Shown here piece by piece: positions 18,169-27,454 of a DNA stretch of 64,000 nucleotides. Position 1 is the stretch's first letter; every line of letters starts with the position of its first letter. The position numbers and the translations under genes are program-made. Under the pieces are notes generated by a model. The model saw only the letters and a program-made list of their open reading frames with translations, was not told the DNA's origin and made no database searches. Origin of the DNA: Myxococcota bacterium (GTDB lineage: Bacteria; Myxococcota_A; UBA9160; UBA6930); NCBI GenBank assembly GCA_965223415.1, contig OZ245002.1, positions 4,576,001 through 4,640,000 on the forward strand, in the 5' to 3' direction.

Positions 18169-19268
18169 TAGATCTTTCCCTTCTTCTGCAGGAGCCGGCG
18201 CGCGTGGGTGCTGATGGGTGTCGCCACGTCCTTGCTCTTCATGATCGATCGGAGGTCCCGTTCCTGGAGGAAATTCAGGAACTTCATGGCGGTCGGCACG
18301 GGGCACTTGGGATTCGTGGCCAGTCCGAGCTTCACCTGGTAGTTCCGGGTCCACTCCCGGTTGTTGGCGATGATCCGCAGGACGTCGTCGGAGACGTTGC
18401 GGGCCTTCGCCAAGCTCTCGATCTCGTTGTCCGTCATCTTCGGGCTGCGGATCGCCGCGGTGCTCACGAGCTTGTTGCGGTCCCGGACGAGCAGACCGCG
18501 GGCCTCCTTGTTGCCCATGCGCGCCAGCTTGATCTTCTGCATCACGTTCATCTTCTGGATGAGGGCGTAGAGGTTGCTCTCGGCCTCCTCGTCCAGCTCG
18601 AAGTCGTCGTCGGTCTCTCGGACGAGCTCCTCGGCGAACTCGCTGGCGTCGTCGCCGAGCAGGGCGCGTAGCGCCTCGGCGGCGGCCGCGTCGGTGATCT
18701 CCTCCGTGGGCGGGAGGTCGCCCGTGTCCTCCTCCTCGATCACCTCGGCGCTGGGCCGGTCGAGGCCGAGGAAGGAGAGGATGCGGTCGATGGTCGCTCG
18801 TCCGGTGAGCGGATTGTCGCCCAGTGCGTCGACGATCGAGGGACAGCGCAGCATCGCCTGCTGGTTGTTGGCGACGATGTCCACCACCCGGCGGTGGGGA
18901 AGGGTGGCCAGGAAGGCCAGGCTGCGGTCGTCCACGGCCGAGTTCAGCGCCAGCTTCTCCATGCGCTCGGCGTCGTCCTTCCAGACGTGGGCGAGCCAAC
19001 CCAGCAGGGCCGGGTGCGCCTCCGCCGCGAGCACGGTGTGGGCCACGCCTTCCGGCAGACCCTCCAGGCTCCGGCCGGCGGTCTGTTTGACCTCGTCGTC
19101 CGGGTCGTGGACCAGGGCGAAGAGGACGGTGGCCAGCTCGACGGGCTCGAGGGGCAGGGCGCCGCCCGCGGCCATCCGGCGCACGGAGACGGGCGCGTCG
19201 CGGCGGACGTACTTCTCCGCCTGGGGGGACAGGGTCAGGCGGAGGGTCTGCTTCTCGGGTCCGGACAT
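18168..19268 (-). CDS. conserved hypothetical alpha-helical repeat protein typical of deltaproteobacteria
   Basis: KIKLARMGNKEARGLLVRDRNKLV...WTRNYQVKLGLATNPK; GAAGGAG RBS-like sequence upstream. Confidence 0.82.
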   Translation of the reverse strand: MSGPEKQTLRLTLSPQAEKYVRRDAPVSVRRMAAGGALPLEPVELATVLFALVHDPDDEVKQTAGRSLEGLPEGVAHTVLAAEAHPALLGWLAHVWKDDAERMEKLALNSAVDDRSLAFLATLPHRRVVDIVANNQQAMLRCPSIVDALGDNPLTGRATIDRILSFLGLDRPSAEVIEEEDTGDLPPTEEITDAAAAEALRALLGDDASEFAEELVRETDDDFELDEEAESNLYALIQKMNVMQKIKLARMGNKEARGLLVRDRNKLVSTAAIRSPKMTDNEIESLAKARNVSDDVLRIIANNREWTRNYQVKLGLATNPKCPVPTAMKFLNFLQERDLRSIMKSKDVATPISTHARRLLQKKGKI

Positions 19269-19330
19269 GAGCCGGCACACTCCTTCTCTCGTGGTCCCAC
19301 GAGCCAGGCGCGGCCGGATCGTGTCCGGCG

Positions 19331-21397
19331 CTACCCCTCGTCCGCGGCCTGGGCCTTGGCCTCGGCGATGATCTTGTCGCGTTCGCTCGCCGGGACCTCG
19401 TCGTAGTGATCGAACTCCATGTGGAAGGCCCCCTTCCCACCGGTCAGGCTGGTGAGGGCACTCGCGTACTCCAGCATTTCGGCCATGGGGACCTCCGCCT
19501 TGATCACCGCCGTATGGCCCCGGCTCTCGGTGGTCTGGACCCTTCCGCGGCGGCTGGAAACGTCGCCCATGACGTCTCCCACGAAGTCGTCCGGAACGGA
19601 CACCTCCACCCGCATGACCGGTTCCAGGAGGGTGGGCTTGGCCTTCTCCAGAGCCGCCTTGAAGCCGAAGGAGCCCGCCAGCTTGAAGGCCATCTCGTTG
19701 GAATCGACGGAATGGTGCTTTCCGTCGATGCAGCGGACCTTGACGTCCACCACGGGGTAGCCGGCAAGGGGGCCCACGTCCGCAGACTCGAGGACGCCCT
19801 TCTCGACGGCGGGAATCAGCCCCCGGGGGATGGCGCCGCCCACGATCTCGTCGCTGAACTCGAGCCCTTCCCCGCGGGGTTTCGGCTCCACCGTGAGGTA
19901 GCAGACGCCGAACATGCCCTTGCCGCCGGTCTGCTTCTTGAGCTTGCCCTCCACGTTCTCGGCCTTGCCCTTGATTGTCTCCCGATAGGGGACCTTCGGC
20001 GTCTTCAGGTCCACGTCCACCTCGTAGAGCCGCTTCAGCTTCTGGACGGTGATGCGGATGTGCAGCTCGCCCATGCCGGTGAGCAGGAACTCGCCGGTTG
20101 CCGGGTCCCGGCCGAGCTGGAGCGTCGGGTCCTCTTCCACCAGCCGCCCGAGGGAAGTGAAGACCTTGTCCTCGTCGCCCTTGGAGGTGGCGGAGATCGC
20201 GTAGGACAGGACGCCCTGGGGAATCGGGATCGGCTCCAGGGCGACGCCCCCCTTTTCCTGGCAGAGCGAGTTGCCGGTGTGGACGTCCTTCAGCTTGGCC
20301 ACGGCCACGATGTCGCCGGGGCCGGCCTCGGGCACGTCCACGTGCTCCGCACCGCGCAGGAGGAGCAGCTTGCCGAGCCGCTCCTTGGCGTCGCGGGTGG
20401 CGTTCAGGATGGGCGTATCGCCCTTGATCGTCCCGGACACGACCCGGAACACCGAGAGGGTTCCGGCGTAGCGATCGATCACGGTCTTGATCACCCGCGC
20501 GGTGAAGGGTGCGGCCGGATCGGCGGTGACCTCGATCTCGTCCCCGTCGAGGGTCGCCTTCCAGGCGCCGCCGCGATCCTCCGGCGAGGGCAGCAGCTGC
20601 TGGATCGCCCGCAGACAGGAGAGGGCGCCCACCTCGAGGGGGGCGGCGCCACACAGCACGGGCACCAGGCTGCGGCTGCGGGTTCCGGTGACCAGGCCGC
20701 GCAGGACGTCTTCGTCGGAGAGCTCGCCCTCTTCGAGGTACTTCTCGAGCAGCTCGTCGTCGCTCTCCGCAGCGGCCTCGACCAGCTCCGCTCGCGCCGC
20801 CTCCGCCTCGTCGGCCAGCTCCGCCGGGATGTCCGCGTCCTTCCCGTCGACCACGGCCTTCATGGCCAACAGGTCGACGACGCCCGACAGGCCTTCGCCG
20901 CTTCCGATGGGCAAGCAGAGCTTGATCGGGTTGATCTCCAGGTCCTTCAGGCTGGCCACCGCGGCGTCGAGATCGGCCCGGTCGCTGTCCATGCGGTTCA
21001 CGAAGGCGACCACCGGCACGCCGGCGCGAGCACTCGCCCGCCACATGCTCTCGGTGCCCACCTTCGCGCCGTCCCCGGCCGACACCACCAGCACGGCGCC
21101 GTCCACGCCGTGGAGCAGCACCTGGCCGTCGCCCTGGAAGTTCGGGTCGCCCGGCGTGTCCGCCAGGGTGAGGTGCAGGTCGTTCCAGTCGAAGCCGTAG
21201 AGGGCGGACGAGAGGGTGTGCTTGCGCTCCTGCTCCTCCGGCGTGGAATCGAGCACGGAGCTGCCGTCCGCCGGCGAGCCGAGGGCGTTCGTCGCGCCGG
21301 CCACGTGCAGGAGGCTCTCGCCCAGGGAGGTCTTGCCGTCCGCTGTGTGTCCGATGAGCGCGAAGGATCGCGTGTTGGCGACAGCGGTGTTCTGCAT
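19331..21397 (-). CDS. fusA: elongation factor G paralog (EF-G2-like)
   Basis: Full five-domain EF-G (GMGELH, VPYRET, KKQTGGKGMFG, HHSVDSNEMAF, LLEPVM) with a divergent G domain; lies outside the str operon. Confidence 0.92.
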   Translation of the reverse strand: MQNTAVANTRSFALIGHTADGKTSLGESLLHVAGATNALGSPADGSSVLDSTPEEQERKHTLSSALYGFDWNDLHLTLADTPGDPNFQGDGQVLLHGVDGAVLVVSAGDGAKVGTESMWRASARAGVPVVAFVNRMDSDRADLDAAVASLKDLEINPIKLCLPIGSGEGLSGVVDLLAMKAVVDGKDADIPAELADEAEAARAELVEAAAESDDELLEKYLEEGELSDEDVLRGLVTGTRSRSLVPVLCGAAPLEVGALSCLRAIQQLLPSPEDRGGAWKATLDGDEIEVTADPAAPFTARVIKTVIDRYAGTLSVFRVVSGTIKGDTPILNATRDAKERLGKLLLLRGAEHVDVPEAGPGDIVAVAKLKDVHTGNSLCQEKGGVALEPIPIPQGVLSYAISATSKGDEDKVFTSLGRLVEEDPTLQLGRDPATGEFLLTGMGELHIRITVQKLKRLYEVDVDLKTPKVPYRETIKGKAENVEGKLKKQTGGKGMFGVCYLTVEPKPRGEGLEFSDEIVGGAIPRGLIPAVEKGVLESADVGPLAGYPVVDVKVRCIDGKHHSVDSNEMAFKLAGSFGFKAALEKAKPTLLEPVMRVEVSVPDDFVGDVMGDVSSRRGRVQTTESRGHTAVIKAEVPMAEMLEYASALTSLTGGKGAFHMEFDHYDEVPASERDKIIAEAKAQAADEG

Positions 21398-21418
21398 GAC
21401 GTCTCCCTTGGTGCCCGG

Positions 21419-22216
21419 CTAGGCCGCGGCGCGGTTCTTCTCGAAGAGGATGCGCAGTCCCTCCAGGGTGAGGAAGGGCTCGACGCGTTCGATCGTCTCG
21501 GCCTCGCGGGCGACGCGCTGGGCGAGGCCGCCGGTGGCGATGGTGCCGGCCTCCGGCCCCAGCTCGGCGCGGATGCGTGTGACCATGGCGTCCACGACGC
21601 CGGCGTAGCCGTAGAGCAGGCCGGACTGGATCGACTGGGTCGTCGTGCGGCCGATCACCGCCTTCGGCCGTACGAGCTCGACCCGGTGGAGCATCGAGGC
21701 CCGCTCGAAGAGCGCCTCCATCGAGATGTGCATGCCGGGGAAGATCGCACCGCCCAGGTACTCGCCCTTGGCCGACACGCAGTCGAAGGTGGTAGCGGTG
21801 CCGAAGTCGACGGCGATCACCGGGCCGCCCATCAGCTCGTAGGCGGCGACCGCGTTCACGATTCGGTCGGCGCCCACCTCGCGCGGGTTCTCGTAGCGCA
21901 CCGGCATACCCGTGCGGATGCCGGGGCCCACCACCATGGCTGGCCGGTCCAGGAGCTTGCGGCACACCCGCTCCCAGATCGGCAGGAGCGGCGGCACTAC
22001 GCTCGAGAGGATCACGTCGGTGAACGACTCGATCTTGCAGCCGCCCAGGTCGAAGAGCCCGCGCAGGGTGACCAGCACCTCGTCGGAGGTCTGCTCGCGG
22101 TGCGTCGCCATGCGCCAATGATGAACCAGCTCCCCCGGACCGCCGCCGTAGTCGAACACACCGAGAGTGATGTTCGTGTTGCCCACGTCGACGGCGAGGA
22201 GGACGGGGCTCGTCAT
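21419..22216 (-). CDS. coaX: type III pantothenate kinase
   Basis: LAVDVGNTN, SSVVP, EVGADRIVNA, VDFGTATTFD, IATGG; ATGA overlap with the birA stop. Confidence 0.96.
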   Translation of the reverse strand: MTSPVLLAVDVGNTNITLGVFDYGGGPGELVHHWRMATHREQTSDEVLVTLRGLFDLGGCKIESFTDVILSSVVPPLLPIWERVCRKLLDRPAMVVGPGIRTGMPVRYENPREVGADRIVNAVAAYELMGGPVIAVDFGTATTFDCVSAKGEYLGGAIFPGMHISMEALFERASMLHRVELVRPKAVIGRTTTQSIQSGLLYGYAGVVDAMVTRIRAELGPEAGTIATGGLAQRVAREAETIERVEPFLTLEGLRILFEKNRAAA

Positions 22217-23241
22217 CCCGCCCGTCCTTGTGGCCGCACGGAGGTGCCTCCGGGCTCCCCGGCCTCCGGCCGGAGGGTGACGTCGCCAGCGATCACCCGC
22301 TCGAGTCCGCCCTCGCCGCGCTGCAGTTCGAGGGTGCCGTCGGAGCCGATGCCGCCGGCGGTGCCAGTGCGCACGCCGCCGTCCAGGGCGGAGACCTCGA
22401 TCTTCCGGCCGCGCATCCGGTAGAACCCCTCGAAATCGGTGCGCAGGCCCTCGAAGCCGGTGTTGGCGTGGCGGTCGAGCACGGTTTCGAGAGTAAAGAA
22501 GAGACGCCGGGTGAAGTCCACCCGGTCGATCGGCCCGCAGGCGGCGGCGCACAGGCTGGTGGCCCGGGCCCGGAAGGCGTCGGGGAAGGTCTCCGGCGAG
22601 ACGTTCAGGTTGACGCCGATCCCGAGCACGAGATGCCCCACGCGGGTGGCCTCGGCGCTCATCTCCATCAGGATCCCCGAGACCTTGAGGCCGTCGACGA
22701 GCACGTCGTTGGGCCACTTGATCTCCACCCGGTCCGGATCGCCGAGGCGTTCTGCCACGCACTCGGCGACGGCGAGTCCCGCTCCGAGGATCAGCGTCGG
22801 TGCCTGGGCGATCGAGATCTCCGGTCGGAGCACGAGCGAGAGGTAGAGGTTCTGGTGGGCCGGCGAGTGGAAGCTTCGGCCCAGCCGGCCGCGCCCGGCG
22901 CTCTGGTGCTCGGCGATCACGGCGCTGCCGTGGGGCGCGCCTTCCCGGGCGAGCTCCCCGGCGACCCGGTTGGTCGAGTCGGTGGAGTCCAGGTGATGGA
23001 TCTCCCGGCCGAGCCACCGGGTCGCGAGCCCGCGCCGCAGCTCCTCCGGGTAGAGGCGGTCCGGTCGGGCCACGAGGCGGTAGCCGCCGCCCGGCGCGCC
23101 GTCGATCTCGTAGCCCCGGGCGCGCAAGGCCTGGACGTGCTTCCACACCTGGTTGCGACTCACGCCGAGCTGGTCGGAGAGCCGCTCGCCAGAGCAGGGC
23201 CCGGCCTCGAGGGCGGCGAGGATCTCCTCGGCGCCGCTCAA
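22213..23241 (-). CDS. birA: bifunctional biotin--protein ligase/repressor
   Basis: N-terminal HTH (SGERLSDQLGVSRNQVWKHV), DSTN, GRGRLGR, KWPND, KVSGILME, GIGVN; TTG start overlapping the nadC stop. Confidence 0.94.
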   Translation of the reverse strand: MSGAEEILAALEAGPCSGERLSDQLGVSRNQVWKHVQALRARGYEIDGAPGGGYRLVARPDRLYPEELRRGLATRWLGREIHHLDSTDSTNRVAGELAREGAPHGSAVIAEHQSAGRGRLGRSFHSPAHQNLYLSLVLRPEISIAQAPTLILGAGLAVAECVAERLGDPDRVEIKWPNDVLVDGLKVSGILMEMSAEATRVGHLVLGIGVNLNVSPETFPDAFRARATSLCAAACGPIDRVDFTRRLFFTLETVLDRHANTGFEGLRTDFEGFYRMRGRKIEVSALDGGVRTGTAGGIGSDGTLELQRGEGGLERVIAGDVTLRPEAGEPGGTSVRPQGRAG

Positions 23242-24110
23242 GCGCGTCTCCCGTCCCCGGACGCGACCTCCAGGGCGACGTCCGCGTTGGGTGCGGAGTG
23301 GGTGAGGGCGCCGATCGAGATGCGATGGACGCCGGTCTCCGCCAGCTCGCGCACGTTCGCGAGGGTGACGCCGCCGCTCGCCTCGAGCGGGACGCGATCC
23401 CGGAAGCGCGCCGCCAGCTCCCGCAGCTCCGCGGGCGAGCGGTTGTCGAGGAGCAGCAGGTCGGCGCCCGCCTCCAGGGCGGCCTCGGCCTGGGCCGCGC
23501 TCTCCACCTCGACCTGGATCTGCAGGTGCGGCGCCGCGTGGGCGCGCGCCGCCTTCACCGCGGCGCCGACGCCGCCGGCCGCAGCCACGTGGTTGTCCTT
23601 GATCAGGACCGCGTCGAACAGGCCGACCCGGTGGTTCGTGCCGCCGCCCGTGGCGACCGCGAGCTTGTCCAGGCTGCGGAAGCCGGGCAGCGTCTTGCGG
23701 GTGTCGACGATGGCGACGCCGGTGCCCGCCACGGCGCGGGCGAAGCGGCTCGTCCAGGTGGCCACGCCGCACAGACGGCCCAGGAAGTTCAGGGCGGTGC
23801 GCTCGGCGGCCAGCAGGCTGCGGGCGCGGCCGCGCAGCTCCACCAGCACCTGGCCCGGCTTGGCCCGGGCGCCTTCTCCGACCGAGGGCGCGAACACGGT
23901 GTCCGGATCCAAGGTTTCGAAGACCGCGGCCGCGACGGGCAGGCCGCACACGATCAGGGGCTCCCGGGCCTCGATCCAGCCGTAGAGCGTTTCGTCGGCC
24001 CCGAAGACCGCGGCGCTCGTCACGTCGCCGGTGCCAAGATCCTCCGCCACCGCGAGGTCGATCAGCGGCTGCCAGGTGCCGCGCGGGGGGAACGGGGGAA
24101 GGGGGCCCAC
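23238..24110 (-). CDS. nadC: nicotinate-nucleotide diphosphorylase (quinolinate phosphoribosyltransferase)
   Basis: EDLGTGDVTS, ERTALNFL, DTRKTLPG, LIKDNH, LLLDN, EASGG, ISIGALTHSA. Confidence 0.96.
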   Translation of the reverse strand: MGPLPPFPPRGTWQPLIDLAVAEDLGTGDVTSAAVFGADETLYGWIEAREPLIVCGLPVAAAVFETLDPDTVFAPSVGEGARAKPGQVLVELRGRARSLLAAERTALNFLGRLCGVATWTSRFARAVAGTGVAIVDTRKTLPGFRSLDKLAVATGGGTNHRVGLFDAVLIKDNHVAAAGGVGAAVKAARAHAAPHLQIQVEVESAAQAEAALEAGADLLLLDNRSPAELRELAARFRDRVPLEASGGVTLANVRELAETGVHRISIGALTHSAPNADVALEVASGDGRRA

Positions 24111-24178
24111 CCCACGAGTCTAACGGACGGCCGACCCGGTCGACCGAGCGTGTCCCGGGGAAGGGGCGTGGGGTCGGC

Positions 24179-26188
24179 TCAGTCGTTTCCCTTGAGCTTG
24201 CGGATCTCTTCCTGGATCAGGGTCTCCGCCATCTTGGGGATCACCTCCCAGGCCACGCGCTCGATGCGCTCGACCGCCTCCTTGATGAGCCGCTCGGACA
24301 GGTCGCCGAAGGCGTCCCAGGCCATCTTCTCGACGGCATCGTGGACCTGCCGCTCGAGCTCCGGGGACAGGACCGGCGGGGCCGCATCCGAGGGCGCCTC
24401 CACGGGCGCCGTCTGGGTGACCGCGTGGGTCTCCGGATCCGCGGGCCAATCCGGCTCGGTCGGCAGCGCCAGCGGCGCTTCGGACGCCCCGGCCCGGCTC
24501 AGGTCCGAGGAGGACACGTCGTAGTCACGGGCCGATTCCGGGTCGAGGGTCGCGTGGGCCGGAGCCGCGTCGAAGCCGCCGGGTCCCTCGAAGGGGTCCG
24601 GCTCGCCGGCGTCCGCAGCAGCCAGCGGCTCCGGGGATGCCTCGGGCGCGCTCGGAGCGCCGAACTCGAAGACCGTGGGCGCGTCCGGGAGCGGGGGCTC
24701 CATGGTGGGTGCGGCCGCCGCGGCCGGCTCGTCGAGCAGGGTGGTCGCCCCGTTCGGATCGGAGAGGCCGAAGGGCTCGGCCGCTTCGGCGACCTGCCCG
24801 ACCGGCGTTTCCGGCACCACGTCGTCCAGCAGGAGCGTGCCCTCGCCCGGGGCGGGCACGGGCTCCGCCAGCGAAGCGTCGACCGCCAGCTCGCCGTGCT
24901 GCACCCCGTCGTCTTCGGCTAGGAGGTCCGGGGCTTCCCCGATCTCCAGGTTCGAGCTCCTGTCGGGCTGGCCCGCCTCGGCGAAGTCCCGTCCGCCGGC
25001 CTCGACGAAGTCCGGCTCGCCGAACGGGTCGGAGGCCAGCACATCGGCCTCGGCGACCGGGGCGCCCGCCGGCGCGACGAGATCGGCTCCGGTCTCGCCG
25101 TCGCCCGAGAGCAGGTCGACGCCGGCTTCGTCGCTGCGGTCGAGCAGGTCGATGCCCGCCTCGCCTCCGCCGGCTGCGCCGAGCAGGTCGACGCCGGCGG
25201 ACGCTCCGGGCTGGGGCGGGAGGAACTCCGCCTCGCCCGCGGGCGCCGTCAGCAGGTCGTCGGTCGGCGCCAGCAGGTCCGACTCGGCCAGCGGGTCGCC
25301 CGCCGGGCTCATCGGCTCCGACTCCGCCGAGGCGTCGCCGGCCGGGGCCAGCAGGTCCGATTCGGCCAACGGGTCGCCCGCCGGATCCATGATGTCCGAT
25401 CCGGCGATCGGGTCTCCCGCCGGGTTCATCCGGTCCGATCTAACGATCGGGTCTCCCGCCGGGTTCATCCGGTCCGATCTAACGATCGGGTCTCCCGCCG
25501 GATCCATCCGGTCCGATCCGGTGATCGGGTCTCCCGCCGGCGCGAGGAGGTCGGACTCCGCGAGCGGATCGCCGGCCGGGGCGGCCGGTGCCAGGGGCTC
25601 GCCGCCCACGAGCACCGTCGTCGGCGGGCTCTCGACGGGCTCGGCCGTCGCCGGCTCCGGGCTGGCCGGGACGGGGCGCGGCGCCTCGTTCACGCCGCTC
25701 GGAGCGGTCACCTCGTCCTCGAAGAGGTCGTAGGCCTCGCCGCCGTCGCCGGCGGGGACCATGCCGGTCAGTCCGAGGGGATCCGGCTCGTCGGCGACGG
25801 GCGAGACGCCGGCCGTCGCCCGGGAGGCGAGGAGCCCGTTCACCTGGTCGACGAGCGCCTGCGCCTCGAAGGGCTTGGTGATGTGACCGTCGGCGCCCAC
25901 CTCGTTGGCCTGGGCCTCATCGAAGGTCTCGAAGGTGCCGGTCAGCAGGAGCACCGGCGTGTCCGCCAGCTCGGAATCGGCCTTGATCGCGTGACACACC
26001 TCGTATCCGGAGAGCCCCGGCATCACGACGTCCGCCAGCACGAGGTCCGGTCGGATCTCCCGCGCCCGGGTCAGGGCATCGTCGCCGTTGTCCACGGTCA
26101 CGATCTGCACGTCTTCGTTGGCGAAGCTGATGCCGACGACCTTCTGGATCGTGACACTGTCGTCCGCGAGAAGCAGGGTCTTGGGCAT
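24179..26188 (-). CDS. romR: RomR-family response regulator (REC - long acidic linker - RomR C-terminal helix)
   Basis: MPKTLLLADDSVTIQKVV...LLLTGTFETFDE REC domain; C-terminal IERVAWEVIPKMAETLIQEEIRKL matches the RomR-C pattern. Confidence 0.85.
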   Translation of the reverse strand: MPKTLLLADDSVTIQKVVGISFANEDVQIVTVDNGDDALTRAREIRPDLVLADVVMPGLSGYEVCHAIKADSELADTPVLLLTGTFETFDEAQANEVGADGHITKPFEAQALVDQVNGLLASRATAGVSPVADEPDPLGLTGMVPAGDGGEAYDLFEDEVTAPSGVNEAPRPVPASPEPATAEPVESPPTTVLVGGEPLAPAAPAGDPLAESDLLAPAGDPITGSDRMDPAGDPIVRSDRMNPAGDPIVRSDRMNPAGDPIAGSDIMDPAGDPLAESDLLAPAGDASAESEPMSPAGDPLAESDLLAPTDDLLTAPAGEAEFLPPQPGASAGVDLLGAAGGGEAGIDLLDRSDEAGVDLLSGDGETGADLVAPAGAPVAEADVLASDPFGEPDFVEAGGRDFAEAGQPDRSSNLEIGEAPDLLAEDDGVQHGELAVDASLAEPVPAPGEGTLLLDDVVPETPVGQVAEAAEPFGLSDPNGATTLLDEPAAAAAPTMEPPLPDAPTVFEFGAPSAPEASPEPLAAADAGEPDPFEGPGGFDAAPAHATLDPESARDYDVSSSDLSRAGASEAPLALPTEPDWPADPETHAVTQTAPVEAPSDAAPPVLSPELERQVHDAVEKMAWDAFGDLSERLIKEAVERIERVAWEVIPKMAETLIQEEIRKLKGND
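25268..25579 (-). repeat. coding tandem repeat, 8 x 39 bp (13 aa PAGDPxxxSDxxx) in the romR linker
   Basis: Units PAGDPLAESDLLA, PAGDPITGSDRMD, PAGDPIVRSDRMN (two identical), PAGDPIAGSDIMD, PAGDPLAESDLLA, PAGDASAESEPMS, PAGDPLAESDLLA. Confidence 0.92.
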
Positions 26189-26265
26189 GTTCCCCCCTGG
26201 ACTGCCAGCGCCCGAAGACCAGGGCGCAAATGCGCCGCCGGGCCGAAGCGGTCCCTACGCCGGGT

Positions 26266-26293
26266 CTATCGTCGGTCACGGGCGGGGGATTGA
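26266..26293 (-). promoter_or_regulatory. candidate sigma-28 promoter for romR
   Basis: Minus strand TCAA-N16-GACGATAG. Confidence 0.55.
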
Positions 26294-26386
26294 CCCCTTT
26301 TCGCGCGCGTCGACGGTGAACCGCCCCCAGCCTAGACGGCCCCGGGGTAGGGCGCACCCGCCCACCGGGCTCGTCGAGCCCACCGG

Positions 26387-26414
26387 TCAAGAAAGCCCCT
26401 GGCGCACCCGATAC
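26387..26414 (+). promoter_or_regulatory. candidate sigma-28 promoter for the PP2C gene
   Basis: TCAA-N16-CCCGATAC. Confidence 0.55.
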
Positions 26415-26459
26415 GCTCCGAACGGAGCCTCGCGCTCGCGAGGGCTCCGGGGAGCGCCC

Positions 26460-27188
26460 ATGATCCTGAAAGCGGCAGCGGCCAGCGATGTCGGCCTGCG
26501 GCGCAAGCACAACGAGGACCGCTACGCCCTGGCGCCCGAGCTGGGCCTCTACGTCGTTGCCGACGGCATGGGCGGGCACACCGCCGGTCAGGTCGCCGCC
26601 GAGCTGGCCGCCGAGGCTTCGCTGCGGGCGATCCAGACCCTGGAAGGCGCCGCCGCCACCCTGACCGAGAAGCTCCGCTACGCGGTCGCCTCCGCGAACC
26701 GCTCGATCTTCCAGACTGCCCAGCAGCGGCCCGAGTACGCGGGCATGGGCACCACCCTCGTGGTGATGCTCGCCGAGGGCGAGCGAGCGGCGCTGGCTCA
26801 CGTGGGCGACAGCCGCGCCTACCGCGTGCGAGCCGGCAAGATCCGCCAGCTCACCGACGACCACTCGATCGTCGGTGAGCTCCTGCGCCGCAACGAGATC
26901 AGCGAGGACGATGCCCGCGAGCATCCCCACCGCCACGTGCTGACCCGGGCGCTGGGGGTGCGCGAGAGCGCGGAGCCGGACCTGGCCGAGATCTCGCCGG
27001 CCATCGGCGATGTGTTCGTGCTGTGCTCGGACGGGCTCACGAACCACCTCGAGGACCACGAGATCGCGAAGCTCGTCACCGACCTCGAGGACCTCCAGGA
27101 GCTCTGCGACGCCCTCGTCGACCTGGCCAACGCGCGCGGCGGCGAGGACAACACGACGGTCGTCGCCGCGAGGTGCTGCGGCGACTGA
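26460..27188 (+). CDS. PP2C/Stp1-family Ser/Thr protein phosphatase
   Basis: SDVGLRRKHNED, VADGMGGH, GMGTT, AHVGDSRAY, LCSDGL, GGEDNTT; GGGGAG RBS. Confidence 0.95.
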   Translation: MILKAAAASDVGLRRKHNEDRYALAPELGLYVVADGMGGHTAGQVAAELAAEASLRAIQTLEGAAATLTEKLRYAVASANRSIFQTAQQRPEYAGMGTTLVVMLAEGERAALAHVGDSRAYRVRAGKIRQLTDDHSIVGELLRRNEISEDDAREHPHRHVLTRALGVRESAEPDLAEISPAIGDVFVLCSDGLTNHLEDHEIAKLVTDLEDLQELCDALVDLANARGGEDNTTVVAARCCGD

Positions 27189-27190
27189 GG

Positions 27191-27428
27191 GGCCGCTTCG
27201 CTCCTTCCTCGCGCAGCGAGTCGCCGGGGGTGGGCACAGGTCGGGCTCCATGGCTCGGCCGGGGCGTGGGGGGCCGCGTACGGGCCCGCATGGCGGGTCG
27301 CCGCTTCCGGCCTTCGGCCGGCGGCGAACACCCTGTCCACGCCGGTCCGCGGAGGCGGTGCCCCGGCCGAGCCATGGAGCGCTGGCCGCCCCCCGCCCCG
27401 CGATCACGCGTGGAGGAGCGAAGCGGCC
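27191..27428. repeat. palindromic intergenic element, short copy (same family as 2749-3174)
   Basis: Perfect 14-bp terminal IR GGCCGCTTCGCTCC / GGAGCGAAGCGGCC; inner IR GCTCCATGGCTCGGCCGGGGC / GCCCCGGCCGAGCCATGGAGC; lies between convergent genes. Confidence 0.85.
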
Positions 27429-27454
27429 AGGTCTCTGGCGGAAGGAAGGGGGGG

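Noticed and set aside
25268..25579. Possible CRISPR array
   Set aside because: The repeats are contiguous, in-frame and coding, with no unique spacers and no cas genes.
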